A DNA stretch of 64,000 nucleotides from Patescibacteria group bacterium (GCA_041651015.1 JBAZKA010000002.1:70163-134162); one strand, 5' to 3'. Numbered from the stretch's first letter, positions 8,413-18,365 are shown. Notes: generated by a model from the sequence alone, not told the origin. Numbers and translations are program-made.

Positions 8413-11244
8413 TTATTCCACTATCACTTCCAAATCCTTGGTAAAAGTTTTTCCGCTGGTATCGGTCAGCACGCCGGAGAGAACATATGAACCAACGCCC
8501 GGGGAATTTTTCCAAGTGAAATTTAATTTATCCACGAGTAGTTTATCATTGTGGTCAAAAGTGTAAATCAATTTTTTGGCGTTGCCCTCGGAAATTAGTT
8601 GGATGGCGATATTTTTTACATCACTCCAACGGAACGGCAGGACACTGATGGAACGCGGAAAATCATCACTGCGAATTGTAAGGGGCGAACCATCGGTCCA
8701 TTGGAAACTCGGCGCGTCCTGTTCAGCGGTCAAGTTAAAAGTAATTTCTTGCATGGCGCTGTCGCCAATGTCATCTGTCGCGATAACCGAGAGAGTGTGC
8801 ACGCCTTGGGTGGCGCTTTTCAAATAATAATCCAAAGTAAATGGCAGGCTTCGGCTGACACCAATCACGTTGCCATCTAAACGATAATCCACCTCGGTGA
8901 TACCGCGCGGGGCCGAGGCGTTGACTTCAATGTGAAGCGTGCGCGAATTTAATGACGAACTGGCGATGGGTGAAATTATATTGATAGTCGGAGTGAGCGC
9001 GGGGTCGGAAGTAAATGTATCGGCTTCGGCCGGCGGTTCGGAAAAAGAAATCTCCCGGCCGGCGGTTTTTTCGCGAGCCACCCAAGATTGTAAGGCCGCC
9101 TCCCAGTTTTCATATTGTCCGTCAACAGTCGGGTCGGTCGGCATGGGCCCGCGCGGGTCATCTTTGTTTACATAATACAAAATATCGTGCGCCGGCATGA
9201 ATTCTTTTTCCGTGATAAGGGATTCGGGAGTGGATGAAGTGGCGAGTCGGCCATTCAAACGATTAATTTTAACTTTCATCACGCCATCAGTACCGCGGAG
9301 CACGGCCTTGTCCGCGTCATTGACCGGGGCTTCGGGAAATGTTTCGGGCGTAGTGGAGGCCAGGGCGAGCTTCATAAATCTATTCCAAATCTTTCCAGCC
9401 AGCGCGTTGCCACCGCCTTTCATGGGTGAGGGCATGGTATTGCCCACCCAAACACCGGCGGCGAGAGATGGCACATAGCCCATGGTCCAAGCGTCTTTGT
9501 TGTTATTGGTAGTACCGGTTTTGGCGGCGACTAATCTGCCCGGCAAAGTGAGCGTGCTGTTTCGTCCAAAGACATAAGCGCGGGCCGCGTCATCGGTTAA
9601 CACACTGGTAATGGTGGCGGCGATTTCCGGCTTTATGGCTTCCGTGCCCTCGGTGGTTTTGGTTGAATATAATTCATCGCCGTTCGCGTCAGTCACTTTT
9701 AAAATTGCCACAGTCGGATGATAACGCCCGTTATCCGCGAGCGTGGCATAGGCATTGGTGTGTTCCAATAAATTTACTTCAGCGCCGCCCAAGACGAGAG
9801 ACAAACCAAAATTTCCATCACTTAAAGTAGTATAGCCAAACCGCTCGGCAAAATCCGACATATATTTTTCGCCGACTAAGTACAAAGTTTTGACGGCCGG
9901 AATATTTAACGATCCCTGCAATGCTTTGCGCATGGTGACCAAGCCGTGTTCGGTCCCATCATAATTTTTTGGCGTATAATCTCCGCCGGTGCGCATATCA
10001 AAGTTTGTGGTGACATCATAAAGCACGGTGTCCGGCGTGTAACCCTTTTCAAACGCGGCCGAATAGACAAGCGGTTTAAATGATGAGCCCGGCTGGCGTT
10101 TGCCCAGCACGGCCACATTGTATTGGCCGTCAATATCATCATTAAAATAATCGCGCGAACCAACCATGGCCAGTATTTCCGCGGTTTTTGGGTCAATGGC
10201 CACCAAAGCGGCATTGTTCGCGTTTGCGTCTTTGGCAAATTGATCGCCGAGTTCTTTTACCGCCGACTCGGCGATTTTTTGTTTGTCATAATCCAACGAA
10301 GTGATCACTTTGAGGCCTGACTGGTCAACCATTGATTCGCCAAATTGTTCGGCCAATAGTTGTTTGACATACAAAACAAAATGGGGCGCATCAGTAATAC
10401 CATTGGTGCGCGTGATTTTTAGCGCCTCGGCTTGGGCCGTGGTTTTTTCCGTTTCAGTGATGTAGCCTTGATCAAACATTAAACGCAAAACTAAATTGCG
10501 CCGTTCTTTAAGCGACTCGGTATCGTTTAAATATTTAGTCGGCTGTTTGAGTAAAGCCGCGAGAGTGGCTGATTCAGCCAAGGTTAAATCCTTGGCGGAT
10601 TTTTGAAAATAACTTTGCGAGGCGGATTCAATGCCATAGTTGGTGGAGCCGTAGGGGATCTCATTTAAATACATTTTGATAATTTGATCTTTGGTATATT
10701 TTTTTTCTAAACGCAAGGCCAGAATCGCTTCTTTGAGTTTGCGGAAATATGAATGAGAATCGCCGACAATGGCATTTTTGATTAATTGTTGCGTCAGAGT
10801 GGAAGCGCCGCCCGAGCCGGCCTTTCGTCCGATTAAATTATTAAAAGCGGCGCGCAAGATGGAAAGAATTTTTACTCCGCTGTGTTCGTAAAAGGTTTTA
10901 TCCTCCACGGCAATGGTGGCTTTGATGGCGTATGGTGCAATTTGGTACAGGTCCACCATGGTACGTTTCTGGTCTTGGTAAACTTCGTAAAGTAAATGTT
11001 CGCCCGTGCGGTCATAGATCTTGGTGCTTTGGGCCACCTGGCGCTCGGAAAGTTTTTCCGGGTCAGGCAATTCTTTGGAAATAATGGCCACGGCAATGGT
11101 GCCGGCGATAAAACCGGCCAGCAACAAACAAAGCGCGGTCAAAATAAGCGGCTTGAACCATTTGCGTTTGGGTTTTTTTGGTTTTTCAGAGCGCAGATCA
11201 CCGTAGGCGCGTCTTTGTCTGGCAACCAGCTGTTGAATAGGCAT
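8413..11244 (-). CDS. class A penicillin-binding protein (glycosyltransferase + transpeptidase) with a C-terminal beta-rich extension
   Basis: N-terminal TM segment, GT51 motifs (EDKTFYEHSG..., RKAGSGGASTLTQQL), transpeptidase SxxK/SxN/KTG motifs, and about 300 extra C-terminal residues. Confidence 0.85.
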   Translation of the reverse strand: MPIQQLVARQRRAYGDLRSEKPKKPKRKWFKPLILTALCLLLAGFIAGTIAVAIISKELPDPEKLSERQVAQSTKIYDRTGEHLLYEVYQDQKRTMVDLYQIAPYAIKATIAVEDKTFYEHSGVKILSILRAAFNNLIGRKAGSGGASTLTQQLIKNAIVGDSHSYFRKLKEAILALRLEKKYTKDQIIKMYLNEIPYGSTNYGIESASQSYFQKSAKDLTLAESATLAALLKQPTKYLNDTESLKERRNLVLRLMFDQGYITETEKTTAQAEALKITRTNGITDAPHFVLYVKQLLAEQFGESMVDQSGLKVITSLDYDKQKIAESAVKELGDQFAKDANANNAALVAIDPKTAEILAMVGSRDYFNDDIDGQYNVAVLGKRQPGSSFKPLVYSAAFEKGYTPDTVLYDVTTNFDMRTGGDYTPKNYDGTEHGLVTMRKALQGSLNIPAVKTLYLVGEKYMSDFAERFGYTTLSDGNFGLSLVLGGAEVNLLEHTNAYATLADNGRYHPTVAILKVTDANGDELYSTKTTEGTEAIKPEIAATITSVLTDDAARAYVFGRNSTLTLPGRLVAAKTGTTNNNKDAWTMGYVPSLAAGVWVGNTMPSPMKGGGNALAGKIWNRFMKLALASTTPETFPEAPVNDADKAVLRGTDGVMKVKINRLNGRLATSSTPESLITEKEFMPAHDILYYVNKDDPRGPMPTDPTVDGQYENWEAALQSWVAREKTAGREISFSEPPAEADTFTSDPALTPTINIISPIASSSLNSRTLHIEVNASAPRGITEVDYRLDGNVIGVSRSLPFTLDYYLKSATQGVHTLSVIATDDIGDSAMQEITFNLTAEQDAPSFQWTDGSPLTIRSDDFPRSISVLPFRWSDVKNIAIQLISEGNAKKLIYTFDHNDKLLVDKLNFTWKNSPGVGSYVLSGVLTDTSGKTFTKDLEVIVE

Positions 11245-11413
11245 AAAAATCCTCCCTAGAATAAATATATATCATATTATATACCAGCGAGGAAGATTTT
11301 TCAACGAAGGGTAAGCCCTTGACAAAAACCCTTCCCTGTGCTATACTTTTCTGTTAATATAATGTCGAGAAATATCCTGTATAGGATATTTTTTCGCTTA
11401 AATAAGCGGAAAT

Positions 11414-12115
11414 ATGAAATTTAACTTGACCAAAACCTTATATACTAGCGGAAAGTACTGGATTTTAGCCATTGCTGTTGTTTTGGCTAGCGCCATTGTC
11501 TTTTCCACTCCGGCCGAGGCTGAAATCGCTGATATTAGCCAAAAGACCTGTGCTTTTACAGATTTTGACCGCTATACGGCCCTCTATTACCGCCAAACCA
11601 AGGAAAAAGAGGTTAAATCCAGTGAAACGATTGTTTCTATTACTGATGAGGCTTCCAGAGCCAAAAAACAGGCCTCTTTGATTGAGGAAGCGAAGACCGA
11701 GGAGTTGTCTAATGCCAACGAGACTCTTTTGATGAATTCCAAGAAGATCGCTGATGCGGTGGAAACATCCGAGGAAAAGCCGGACAAGGTCGTGAACGTG
11801 GTCATGACTGCCTACACCTCCACTCCGGACCAGACTGATGACACGCCGGACATCGCCGCTTCGGGCAAACACGTTTATGATGGCATGTTGGCCGCCAACT
11901 GGTTGCCCATGGGTACCAAAGTAAAAATTCCGGAATTATATGGTGATAAAATTTTTACCATTGATGACCGCATGAACAAACGTTATGGCTATGGCCGTAT
12001 GGATATCTGGTTGGACACAACCAAAGCCGAGGCCAGAAAATTCGGTGTCAAACGTTTGACTGTGGAGATCTATTACGCGCACGCTGAGCCGAAAGAATTG
12101 GCTGTGGCGAAATAA
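11414..12115 (+). CDS. secreted 3D-domain (MltA/YocH/RlpA-like) cell-wall-binding protein
   Basis: N-terminal signal/TM segment. C-terminal MTAYTS..DTPD.AASG..V..G..AAN.LP.GT...I....D.......DRM is the 3D-domain pattern. Confidence 0.6.
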   Translation: MKFNLTKTLYTSGKYWILAIAVVLASAIVFSTPAEAEIADISQKTCAFTDFDRYTALYYRQTKEKEVKSSETIVSITDEASRAKKQASLIEEAKTEELSNANETLLMNSKKIADAVETSEEKPDKVVNVVMTAYTSTPDQTDDTPDIAASGKHVYDGMLAANWLPMGTKVKIPELYGDKIFTIDDRMNKRYGYGRMDIWLDTTKAEARKFGVKRLTVEIYYAHAEPKELAVAK

Positions 12116-12126
12116 AAATATATTTA

Positions 12127-12161
12127 AAAACCGTCTGGCGTGATGCCGGGCGGTTTTTTTG
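12127..12161 (+). terminator. rho-independent terminator
   Basis: aaaaccgtctggcg...gccgggcgg stem-loop followed by a T7 run. Confidence 0.65.
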
Positions 12162-12174
12162 TTCGTCACCAGTA

Positions 12175-12203
12175 TTGACATTTGTATATAAATGTGCTAT
12201 ATT
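12175..12203 (+). promoter_or_regulatory. strong sigma70-like promoter of a short GC-rich transcription unit
   Basis: TTGACA (12175-12180), 17-nt spacer, TATATT. Confidence 0.55.
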
Positions 12204-12256
12204 GATTAGCCAAATTGTTTTGGTCAAAATCGCACCTTCCCAAAAAGGGGGTAATC

Positions 12257-12310
12257 ATGAACAGTCGTTGGTCGTTTTTTATCGGCGTGGTCGCCGCAGG
12301 AAAGGAGTAG
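12257..12310 (+). CDS. candidate 17-aa small ORF (MNSRWSFFIGVVAAGKE)
   Basis: AAGGGGGT SD 5 nt upstream of the ATG. Lies inside the 12175-12530 transcription unit. Confidence 0.25.
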   Translation: MNSRWSFFIGVVAAGKE

Positions 12311-12314
12311 CTCA

Positions 12315-12470
12315 ATGTGGCAATCATTTTCTTTTGGTTCTCTCGGTGCGTACGAGTATGAGTATGACCGGTATGGTTATACCGGCTGGTACCGCTGTGC
12401 TGGTGGCCGCCTCGCGGACGGCCGTTGGCCCGAGTGGAACTTCAAAACCGGCGCGACCCGCTATCGCTGA
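12315..12470 (+). CDS. candidate 51-aa Tyr/Trp/Gly-rich small protein (MWQSFSFGSLGAYEYEYDRYGYTGWYRCAGGRLADGRWPEWNFKTGATRYR)
   Basis: AAGGAG SD 7 nt upstream of the ATG. The alternative 119-aa frame starts at a TTG inside the -35 hexamer and is Arg/Pro-rich, which looks like an out-of-frame artefact. Confidence 0.3.
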   Translation: MWQSFSFGSLGAYEYEYDRYGYTGWYRCAGGRLADGRWPEWNFKTGATRYR

Positions 12471-12487
12471 GGCAGCACGTCGCGACA

Positions 12488-12530
12488 AACGCCCACCTAG
12501 TAGGAAATCCGAACGGCGGGCATTTTTATT
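12488..12530. terminator. bidirectional hairpin terminator (ends the + small unit and the minus-strand racemase gene)
   Basis: gcccacc-N19-ggcgggc followed by ATTTTTATTTT on the + strand. On the minus strand the same stem is followed by GTTTGTCG. Confidence 0.55.
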
Positions 12531-13215
12531 TTAATGCATATTCCGCGGCCGTCTCTGCATGTATCCTCATTGTGTCAAACAGCGGAATGTTTACATCGGC
12601 CTGTTGAACTAATAGAGGTATTTCCGTGCAACCGAGTATGACGGCTTCGGAGCCTTTGTTCGCTAAATTATTTATAATGCTTAAATATTTTTCTCTCGCT
12701 CCCGGACTGTGGATTCCTTGGCAGGCATTGTTTATTTCCTGCTGCAAAATATCTTGTTCTGATTCGTCGGGTAACAGGATATTTATTCCGTGTTTTTCTC
12801 GCATTCGGTCTTTGTAAAATTTTTCGCGCATCGTCAGCTTTGTCCCCATTAGACCAACCGTGGTATATCCGGCGGATATTATTTTGTCAGCAGTCGCTTC
12901 AACGATGTGTAAAAGAGGGATTTGAATGCTATTTTGGATTTCATCGGCGAGGATGTGCACGGTATTGGCCGCCAATATGATAAAATCTGCGCCACCGCGC
13001 TCCAAATTTTTTGCCGCGTCAGTTAGGATTTTATCGGATTTTTCCCATGCAACAGTACTATGCTCCAAGTCAATTTCATCAAAATCCACCGATTGCATCA
13101 AAATTTTGGCCGAATGCCAGCCACCAAGTTGGTTTTGAATTGTTTCGTTGATGATGCGGTAATATTCCAATGAAGAATGCCAGCTCATCCCGCCGATAAT
13201 TCCGATTGTTTTCAT
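12526..13215 (-). CDS. aspartate/glutamate/hydantoin racemase family protein
   Basis: 229 aa, MKTIGIIGGMS start and ...ILGCTE... second half are typical of the Asp/Glu racemase family. Confidence 0.8.
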   Translation of the reverse strand: MKTIGIIGGMSWHSSLEYYRIINETIQNQLGGWHSAKILMQSVDFDEIDLEHSTVAWEKSDKILTDAAKNLERGGADFIILAANTVHILADEIQNSIQIPLLHIVEATADKIISAGYTTVGLMGTKLTMREKFYKDRMREKHGINILLPDESEQDILQQEINNACQGIHSPGAREKYLSIINNLANKGSEAVILGCTEIPLLVQQADVNIPLFDTMRIHAETAAEYALK

Positions 13216-13544
13216 AAAGGTGATTAGCGTTTTGACAATAAAATTTTTCCGTTTTTAATTAACACGAGATAAGAAGCGAGGGCGAGTTTAAAGCGTTCTT
13301 TGGGCATGGGGTTAGAATAATAAGTCTCTTTATTCTAATGTATGGGCTATAATTAGAATAAGGCAATAGGGGTTGGTATGAACTTTTAGGTGGTTGTGGA
13401 GCGGAGAAGGCAGGTTATTTTCGCAATACTATTATTTAGTGTAAATTCTATCTAATCATAATATTTGGTAGTTGTTCGTAAGTGGCCGTTTTTAGCCAAA
13501 ATTTGGTCGTTATTTAGATGTGTGTTTACCTAATATTACCTAAA

Positions 13545-15197
13545 TTAATTTTTGTTAGTTGTTTTTAGTGTCCATTGAGGATTTTTGCTTGTGCCCTTGT
13601 TGGTAATAGTCAAGTCTCTTTTCGAGAGATCGTATAAAAGGTTGTCAATCTTTTTTAACTTTTGTTTTTTATCTAATACAGCTGGAAGTAGGTCCATCAA
13701 CAATTTATTGATATCTTGTCGCGAGGCGTTATTATACTTTTCGAGATATTCCCTTATTAATTTTTTATAATGTTCATTGTGGAATCCTCTATTTTTTATA
13801 TATTGCGCCCTCTCTCCCGTAGTGCCGGCAACATGTTCCGAGATATACAGATTTGGATACCTACCCTCAATTAAATTTTTTTCTTTAAGTTTTCTTGCGC
13901 CAGCTTTAGAAATTCGCCTAACTTTTTGAATTTGGTCAAGAAGCATAATCTCTAAGAGAGTAAGATCTTTATGGTGCGCCAGTATTCTTGCATAGTTAAT
14001 ATCTAGAACTTTTCCATGAATAGTAACTGCTACTTTATTATCCGTTAGGTCATAGTCTGGTAATGGAAAAAATTTATTTTTTTGTAAAGTAAACATCCGC
14101 TTAATACCGCTACCGATTGTATCTATCATGTTTAAATTTACCATCGCTTCGGACAGGTGTTTATTTTGATAATACTCTTGTGGTGAGTCAGCTGTAACGA
14201 CGGATTCAATTGTACCTGGTAAAAAACATCCCTTGTTCGTGAATAGAAGCCATCCTGCTTCGTTTTCAACGACCTGTATACGACCGTGCAAAGAATAATC
14301 CTGATGGGCGATGCAGTTATGCAACGCTTCTCTGATAACATACGGATCGTACATATCAACCTCTTCGGGGAAAAGAGATCCGTCTTTTATATATCTATAT
14401 TTTAGATTTCGGATTTTATTAAAGAGGCCGTCAACAGACAGCAAAAATGGACAATAAAAGTGTTCGTAGTCTTTTTCTTCCCCGTCCTTTCCTTTTAAAA
14501 TCCATGAAATTTGAGATACTGCCGATGATATAAGCGCGCTTGATTCCGGTTTTCCAAGAAGAATGATTGCGGTGTTGGTCACGCGACCTTTGATAGTGAG
14601 TTTCGCTTTATCTAAAAATTCTTCGTCGGTCCATTCGTCGACCTCGTTCGCCAGTCGAAGATTCTTTTTTTAAAAATTATTTCTCGCAACATCAATCGCC
14701 GTTGGATCGAGGTCTGCCAATGAAGCTCTATCGCAGATAGCGGCTGACCAGTCTGGTGCTGTCTCGCGACGAATCGCAGTTTCTGTTTCTTCGTCCATCT
14801 CCATCAATTCCTCGCCGATCCTCATAAGAGGAATACCGTAGAATTTTAATGGAGTACCTATTTTCCGAGACGGAATGGTTACCACTACAATACGTTTAGA
14901 TTCATGGTCGGTTATTTCTTGGATATCGATATGCATGCCTATTTGTTGGTAGATTTTTGACTTAACGTCTTCAAAATTTTCTAGGGCCGATGTTCCAACT
15001 ATTTTGCGAGGTATCTTGTCAGAAACCCCCAGTATTAGTTTTCCACCCCTCATATTTCCAAGTCCAACGCAATATCCCAAGACAGAATATCTATTTTTTT
15101 CAGCACCAAGAACGGAAAATGAACTTTTCGCCTCCTTGAACTCTAAACGTTCTTTTTCTCTCGATTTCATCAGTTCATTTAGCTCTTCTAGTGTCAT
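13545..15197 (-). pseudogene. AlbA_2 (divergent AAA, N-terminal) + HATPase_c_4 (C-terminal) RecG-C-like putative regulator gene, interrupted by a single in-frame TAA (14670-14672)
   Basis: ORF 14670-15197 has the AlbA_2 LEFKE motif. ORF 13545-14582 (GTG start) has REALHNCIAHQDY (HATPase_c_4). Both are in the same frame and the 29 codons between the TAA and the GTG read through cleanly (KKNLRLANEVDEWTDEEFLDKAKLTIKGR). Confidence 0.55.
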
Positions 15198-15269
15198 ATA
15201 TTATTTATTAATTTCGGTGTCAAATACCCACAACTGGTAAATTAAATGTATCACTCATCCCGCGTATTT

Positions 15270-16793
15270 TCAATACACCCCCTCCATGGACCTATACTGC
15301 AACGCCTCGGCCATGTGAGCAGGCTGAATTGTGTCGCTAACGCTGAGGTCGGCGATGGTGCGCGCCACTTTGAGCAAACGGTTGTAAGCGCGGGCGGATA
15401 AGTGCAAACGCGTGACCGCATTTTCTAAAATACTAAGCGTGGCCGAGTCCACGGCGCAAAAATCCCGCAGTTCGCGGTTGGACATTTCACTGTTGAGGGA
15501 AATCGGCGCGTTGAGGAAGCGTTCATATTGGCGTTGGCGCGCGCCGAGCACGCGGGCGCGGATTTTATCCGATGTTTCCGCGACCGCGCCCGATGACATT
15601 TCTTCAAAATTTATTCTCGGCACGTTGATGTGCAAATCTATTCTATCCAAAATCGGTCCGGAAATTTTTTTGCGATAATTATTTATTTGCGAAGTGGAAC
15701 ACGTGCATGGATGGTCCGGGTCATTGGCATAACCGCAGGGGCAAGGATTTTGCGAGGCTATCAAAATAAATCTGGCGGGAAAAGATAAAGTGCCTTGCAC
15801 GCGGGAAATGGAAATCGTGCCATCTTCCAGAGGCTGGCGCAAAGTTTCCAAAACCGAACGGGGGAATTCGGGAAACTCATCCAGAAATAAAACTCCGCGA
15901 TGAGCCAGGGAAATTTCTCCGGGTTTGGGCCATTTGCCTCCGCCGACCAAGGCCGCGCCTGAGATGGTGTGATGAGGTGAACGGAACGGCCGGGCGCGCA
16001 CGATTGTCCCGCGGATTAGTCCGGCAATGGAATAAATTTTCGTCACTTCCAATGATTCATCCTGATTTAATTCGGGCAAAATTGACGGTAATGTCCGCGC
16101 GAGCAAAGTTTTGCCCGAGCCGGGCGGGCCGATCATAATGACATTGTGCCCGCCCGCGGCCGCGATTTCCAAAGCGCGTTTGGCAAATGATTGCCCGCGC
16201 ACAAGCGACATATCTAGAGATGTGGAAGAGAATTCCGATGAGGCCGGTTCACTGCTCGGCACATATGGCGCGATTGGTTCTTCGCCCAAGAGGTGGGCCA
16301 TCATTTGCCGTAGATTTTTTACCGGAAAAATTGTTGGACCGTCTTTGACCAAGGCCGCTTCCGGCGCGTCGCACTCGGGCAAGAATAATCTGGCGATACC
16401 GTGAGCGCGCGCGTGAATGGCAATGGGCAAAACGCCGTTCACATGGCGCACAGAGCCGTCCAAAGCCAATTCCCCGACAATCAGGGCATCGGATAAATCT
16501 ATAGGTAAATCCTGGCTGGCCGCGATCAGGCCAACGGCCATGGGCAAATCATAAATCGGGCCTTCTTTGGGCAAATCAGCCGGCGCGAGGTTGATTAACA
16601 GCCGGAAATTAAAGGGATAATCAAAGCCTGAGTTTTTGATAGCCGAGTACAAACGTTCTTTGGCTTCGCGGATTGACGCATCCGGCAAGCCGACAATTTG
16701 AAAATTTGTTTGTCCTTTGTTGATGTCAATCTCTACGTCAATCGGTGATGATTCAAGCCCAATAATCGCTGCCGCCGGCAGTTTGTAAAACAT
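15270..16793 (-). CDS. comM: Mg-chelatase-like AAA+ ATPase ComM/YifB
   Basis: N-terminal Lon-like domain, Walker A GPPGSGKT, Walker B LFLDEFPEF, and a C-terminal Mg_chelatase_C region. Confidence 0.9.
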   Translation of the reverse strand: MFYKLPAAAIIGLESSPIDVEIDINKGQTNFQIVGLPDASIREAKERLYSAIKNSGFDYPFNFRLLINLAPADLPKEGPIYDLPMAVGLIAASQDLPIDLSDALIVGELALDGSVRHVNGVLPIAIHARAHGIARLFLPECDAPEAALVKDGPTIFPVKNLRQMMAHLLGEEPIAPYVPSSEPASSEFSSTSLDMSLVRGQSFAKRALEIAAAGGHNVIMIGPPGSGKTLLARTLPSILPELNQDESLEVTKIYSIAGLIRGTIVRARPFRSPHHTISGAALVGGGKWPKPGEISLAHRGVLFLDEFPEFPRSVLETLRQPLEDGTISISRVQGTLSFPARFILIASQNPCPCGYANDPDHPCTCSTSQINNYRKKISGPILDRIDLHINVPRINFEEMSSGAVAETSDKIRARVLGARQRQYERFLNAPISLNSEMSNRELRDFCAVDSATLSILENAVTRLHLSARAYNRLLKVARTIADLSVSDTIQPAHMAEALQYRSMEGVY

Positions 16794-17027
16794 ATAAAAA
16801 ACAGATTTGAGAAAAAATAAGTATTAACAGATATATACGAAATACGAAAAATACGAAATTACGAAAATAATGGTTAACGTTTGGGGCGAGACGAAACGGG
16901 TATTTGTTAGAGGGCCATATTGGAGCGAGCTCGGAGCGAGCGGAAATCGAGCAAGGCGAGCCCACAGGCGAGCCGCGCGTGTCCGAAACAAATATCCGTG
17001 AGTCAAGCCACAGGATAAACAAAAAAA
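16794..17027. repeat. short tandem repeats in the comM upstream region
   Basis: Four copies of (A)TACGAAA(A) at about 16838-16878, then five copies of GAGCGAGC/GGCGAGC at about 16921-16975. Confidence 0.5.
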
Positions 17028-17474
17028 TTACTCCGGCAATCTTTTGTAGCTTTTCAGGACGATAGCTATTGCGCCAAAGACGATGAAGACGTCGGCGATA
17101 TTGAAGTTGCTCGTAAGAAGAAGAAAGTAATCGTGGACTGAACCAAAGTATAAGCGGTCAAAAAAATTCAGTAGAGCACCGGCTAAAATGAAACTTAATG
17201 AGGCGATGATCAAATTATCTCGCGATTCATGCAAGTGGAAATACCAGATAAGCAGGGCAATAAATATCACCGAGAGAATAAGAATAATGTTTGGCGGTAC
17301 ATACAAACCAAACGCAATTCCCGAGTTGACCGAGGGATACCAGCCAAATAAATTTTTAAAAGCCACCACGCTATCCCAGCGAGTAATGGAAAAATAACGC
17401 AGAATGATATCCGCGCCAAATAAAAAAACGCCAATTGCGTAAGTCAAGATAAGGCGTTTTTTGTTTGATTGCAT
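17028..17474 (-). CDS. lspA: lipoprotein signal peptidase II
   Basis: NSGIAFG, FNIADVFI and four TM segments. Start taken at the ATG with a GGAGGG RBS (MQSNKKR). Confidence 0.85.
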   Translation of the reverse strand: MQSNKKRLILTYAIGVFLFGADIILRYFSITRWDSVVAFKNLFGWYPSVNSGIAFGLYVPPNIILILSVIFIALLIWYFHLHESRDNLIIASLSFILAGALLNFFDRLYFGSVHDYFLLLTSNFNIADVFIVFGAIAIVLKSYKRLPE

Positions 17475-17492
17475 AAGTCCCTCCAAAAAACT

Positions 17493-17879
17493 TTACAATT
17501 CCTGAGTGATAGTTTTTTTGCACTCCACACAGGCGGACGAAGTCGGGCGGACGAGCAAACGTTTTTCTTCAATTGGTTTCTTGCAGTATTTGCAAGTGCC
17601 GTAAGTGCCTTTTTTAATCCGTTCCAGAGATTTGTTTACATCACGCAAGGTTTTTTCCAAACCCTCTTCCACCGGCAGGTTGTTGATATACTCGGCGACC
17701 TCGGCGGCATTCTCGTCTTCTTTGTCGCCATACTCGGGGAATTGAGTATCAAAATCATCAGACACATGAGCGCTCTTTTTGGTAAATTTGCCCAGTTCTG
17801 ATTCTAGTTTGGTTTTTTGTTCCTGTAATAAATTTTTGATTTTGTCCAAAAATTCTTTGGAAAATGATGGCTTGGCCAT
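17493..17879 (-). CDS. DksA/TraR-family C4 zinc-finger protein
   Basis: N-terminal coiled coil plus CKYCKKPI...CVECK zinc finger. Confidence 0.7.
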   Translation of the reverse strand: MAKPSFSKEFLDKIKNLLQEQKTKLESELGKFTKKSAHVSDDFDTQFPEYGDKEDENAAEVAEYINNLPVEEGLEKTLRDVNKSLERIKKGTYGTCKYCKKPIEEKRLLVRPTSSACVECKKTITQEL

Positions 17880-17990
17880 ATAATTCTATTTAGCCGGACC
17901 TCGGCTGGATTATGCAAGTATTATAGTCCAATTCGTGATTTTTGTCCACAGGTCTAGCCGAGTCTGGCTCGCACCTTTGCGTAGTCACTA

Positions 17991-18365
17991 TTATTCCTTT
18001 TCATCTTGAACAAATTTTTCCCACATTTTTATTGAGTCGCCTAAAATTTGAATAGCGGCCGGATCCGTCATAGTCTTTAGAGCGGTTTTTGCCTCTCTCA
18101 ACCAGATCTCTCGGATATTGATACCCGGCGCCATTTCGCAGGGTTTTACCAAATGCGCGATAAATCCTTTGGCCACTTCCATATCAGATTTTGATCTCGC
18201 TGACGGTTCTTTGTATTCAAAATTGTTCATATTAATTATTTTAAAACACGTATTAAATATACTCCGAAAATCCGCAATAAACAAGCTGAGCAATTTTAAA
18301 AGGCCTACGCCCATATTACAATGTTGTTTTAAGGCGAGGCCTTTAGATTGTCCACGAGTAAGCAT
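17991..18365 (-). CDS. hypothetical protein
   Basis: ORF with an AAGGGG SD. No family recognised. Driven by the conserved promoter module at 18642-18670. Confidence 0.4.
   Translation of the reverse strand: MLTRGQSKGLALKQHCNMGVGLLKLLSLFIADFRSIFNTCFKIINMNNFEYKEPSARSKSDMEVAKGFIAHLVKPCEMAPGINIREIWLREAKTALKTMTDPAAIQILGDSIKMWEKFVQDEKE

Noticed and set aside
8576-9478. Several 60-95-aa + strand ORFs inside the PBP gene region
   Set aside because: All are antisense to a 943-aa gene with clear PBP motifs. They have no RBS and look like frame artefacts.
12175-12534. 119-aa ORF from the track
   Set aside because: It starts at a TTG that is the -35 hexamer itself and encodes an Arg/Pro/Ala-rich, out-of-frame-looking product. 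The SD-led short ORFs in another frame are more plausible, though still unproven.
16838-16975. Possible CRISPR array (tandem repeats)
   Set aside because: The units are only 8-9 nt with no unique spacers and no cas genes. They are short tandem repeats, not CRISPR.
16753-17022. 89-aa and 60-aa minus-strand ORFs
   Set aside because: They lie entirely within the tandem-repeat intergenic region upstream of comM, have low-complexity translations and lack an RBS.
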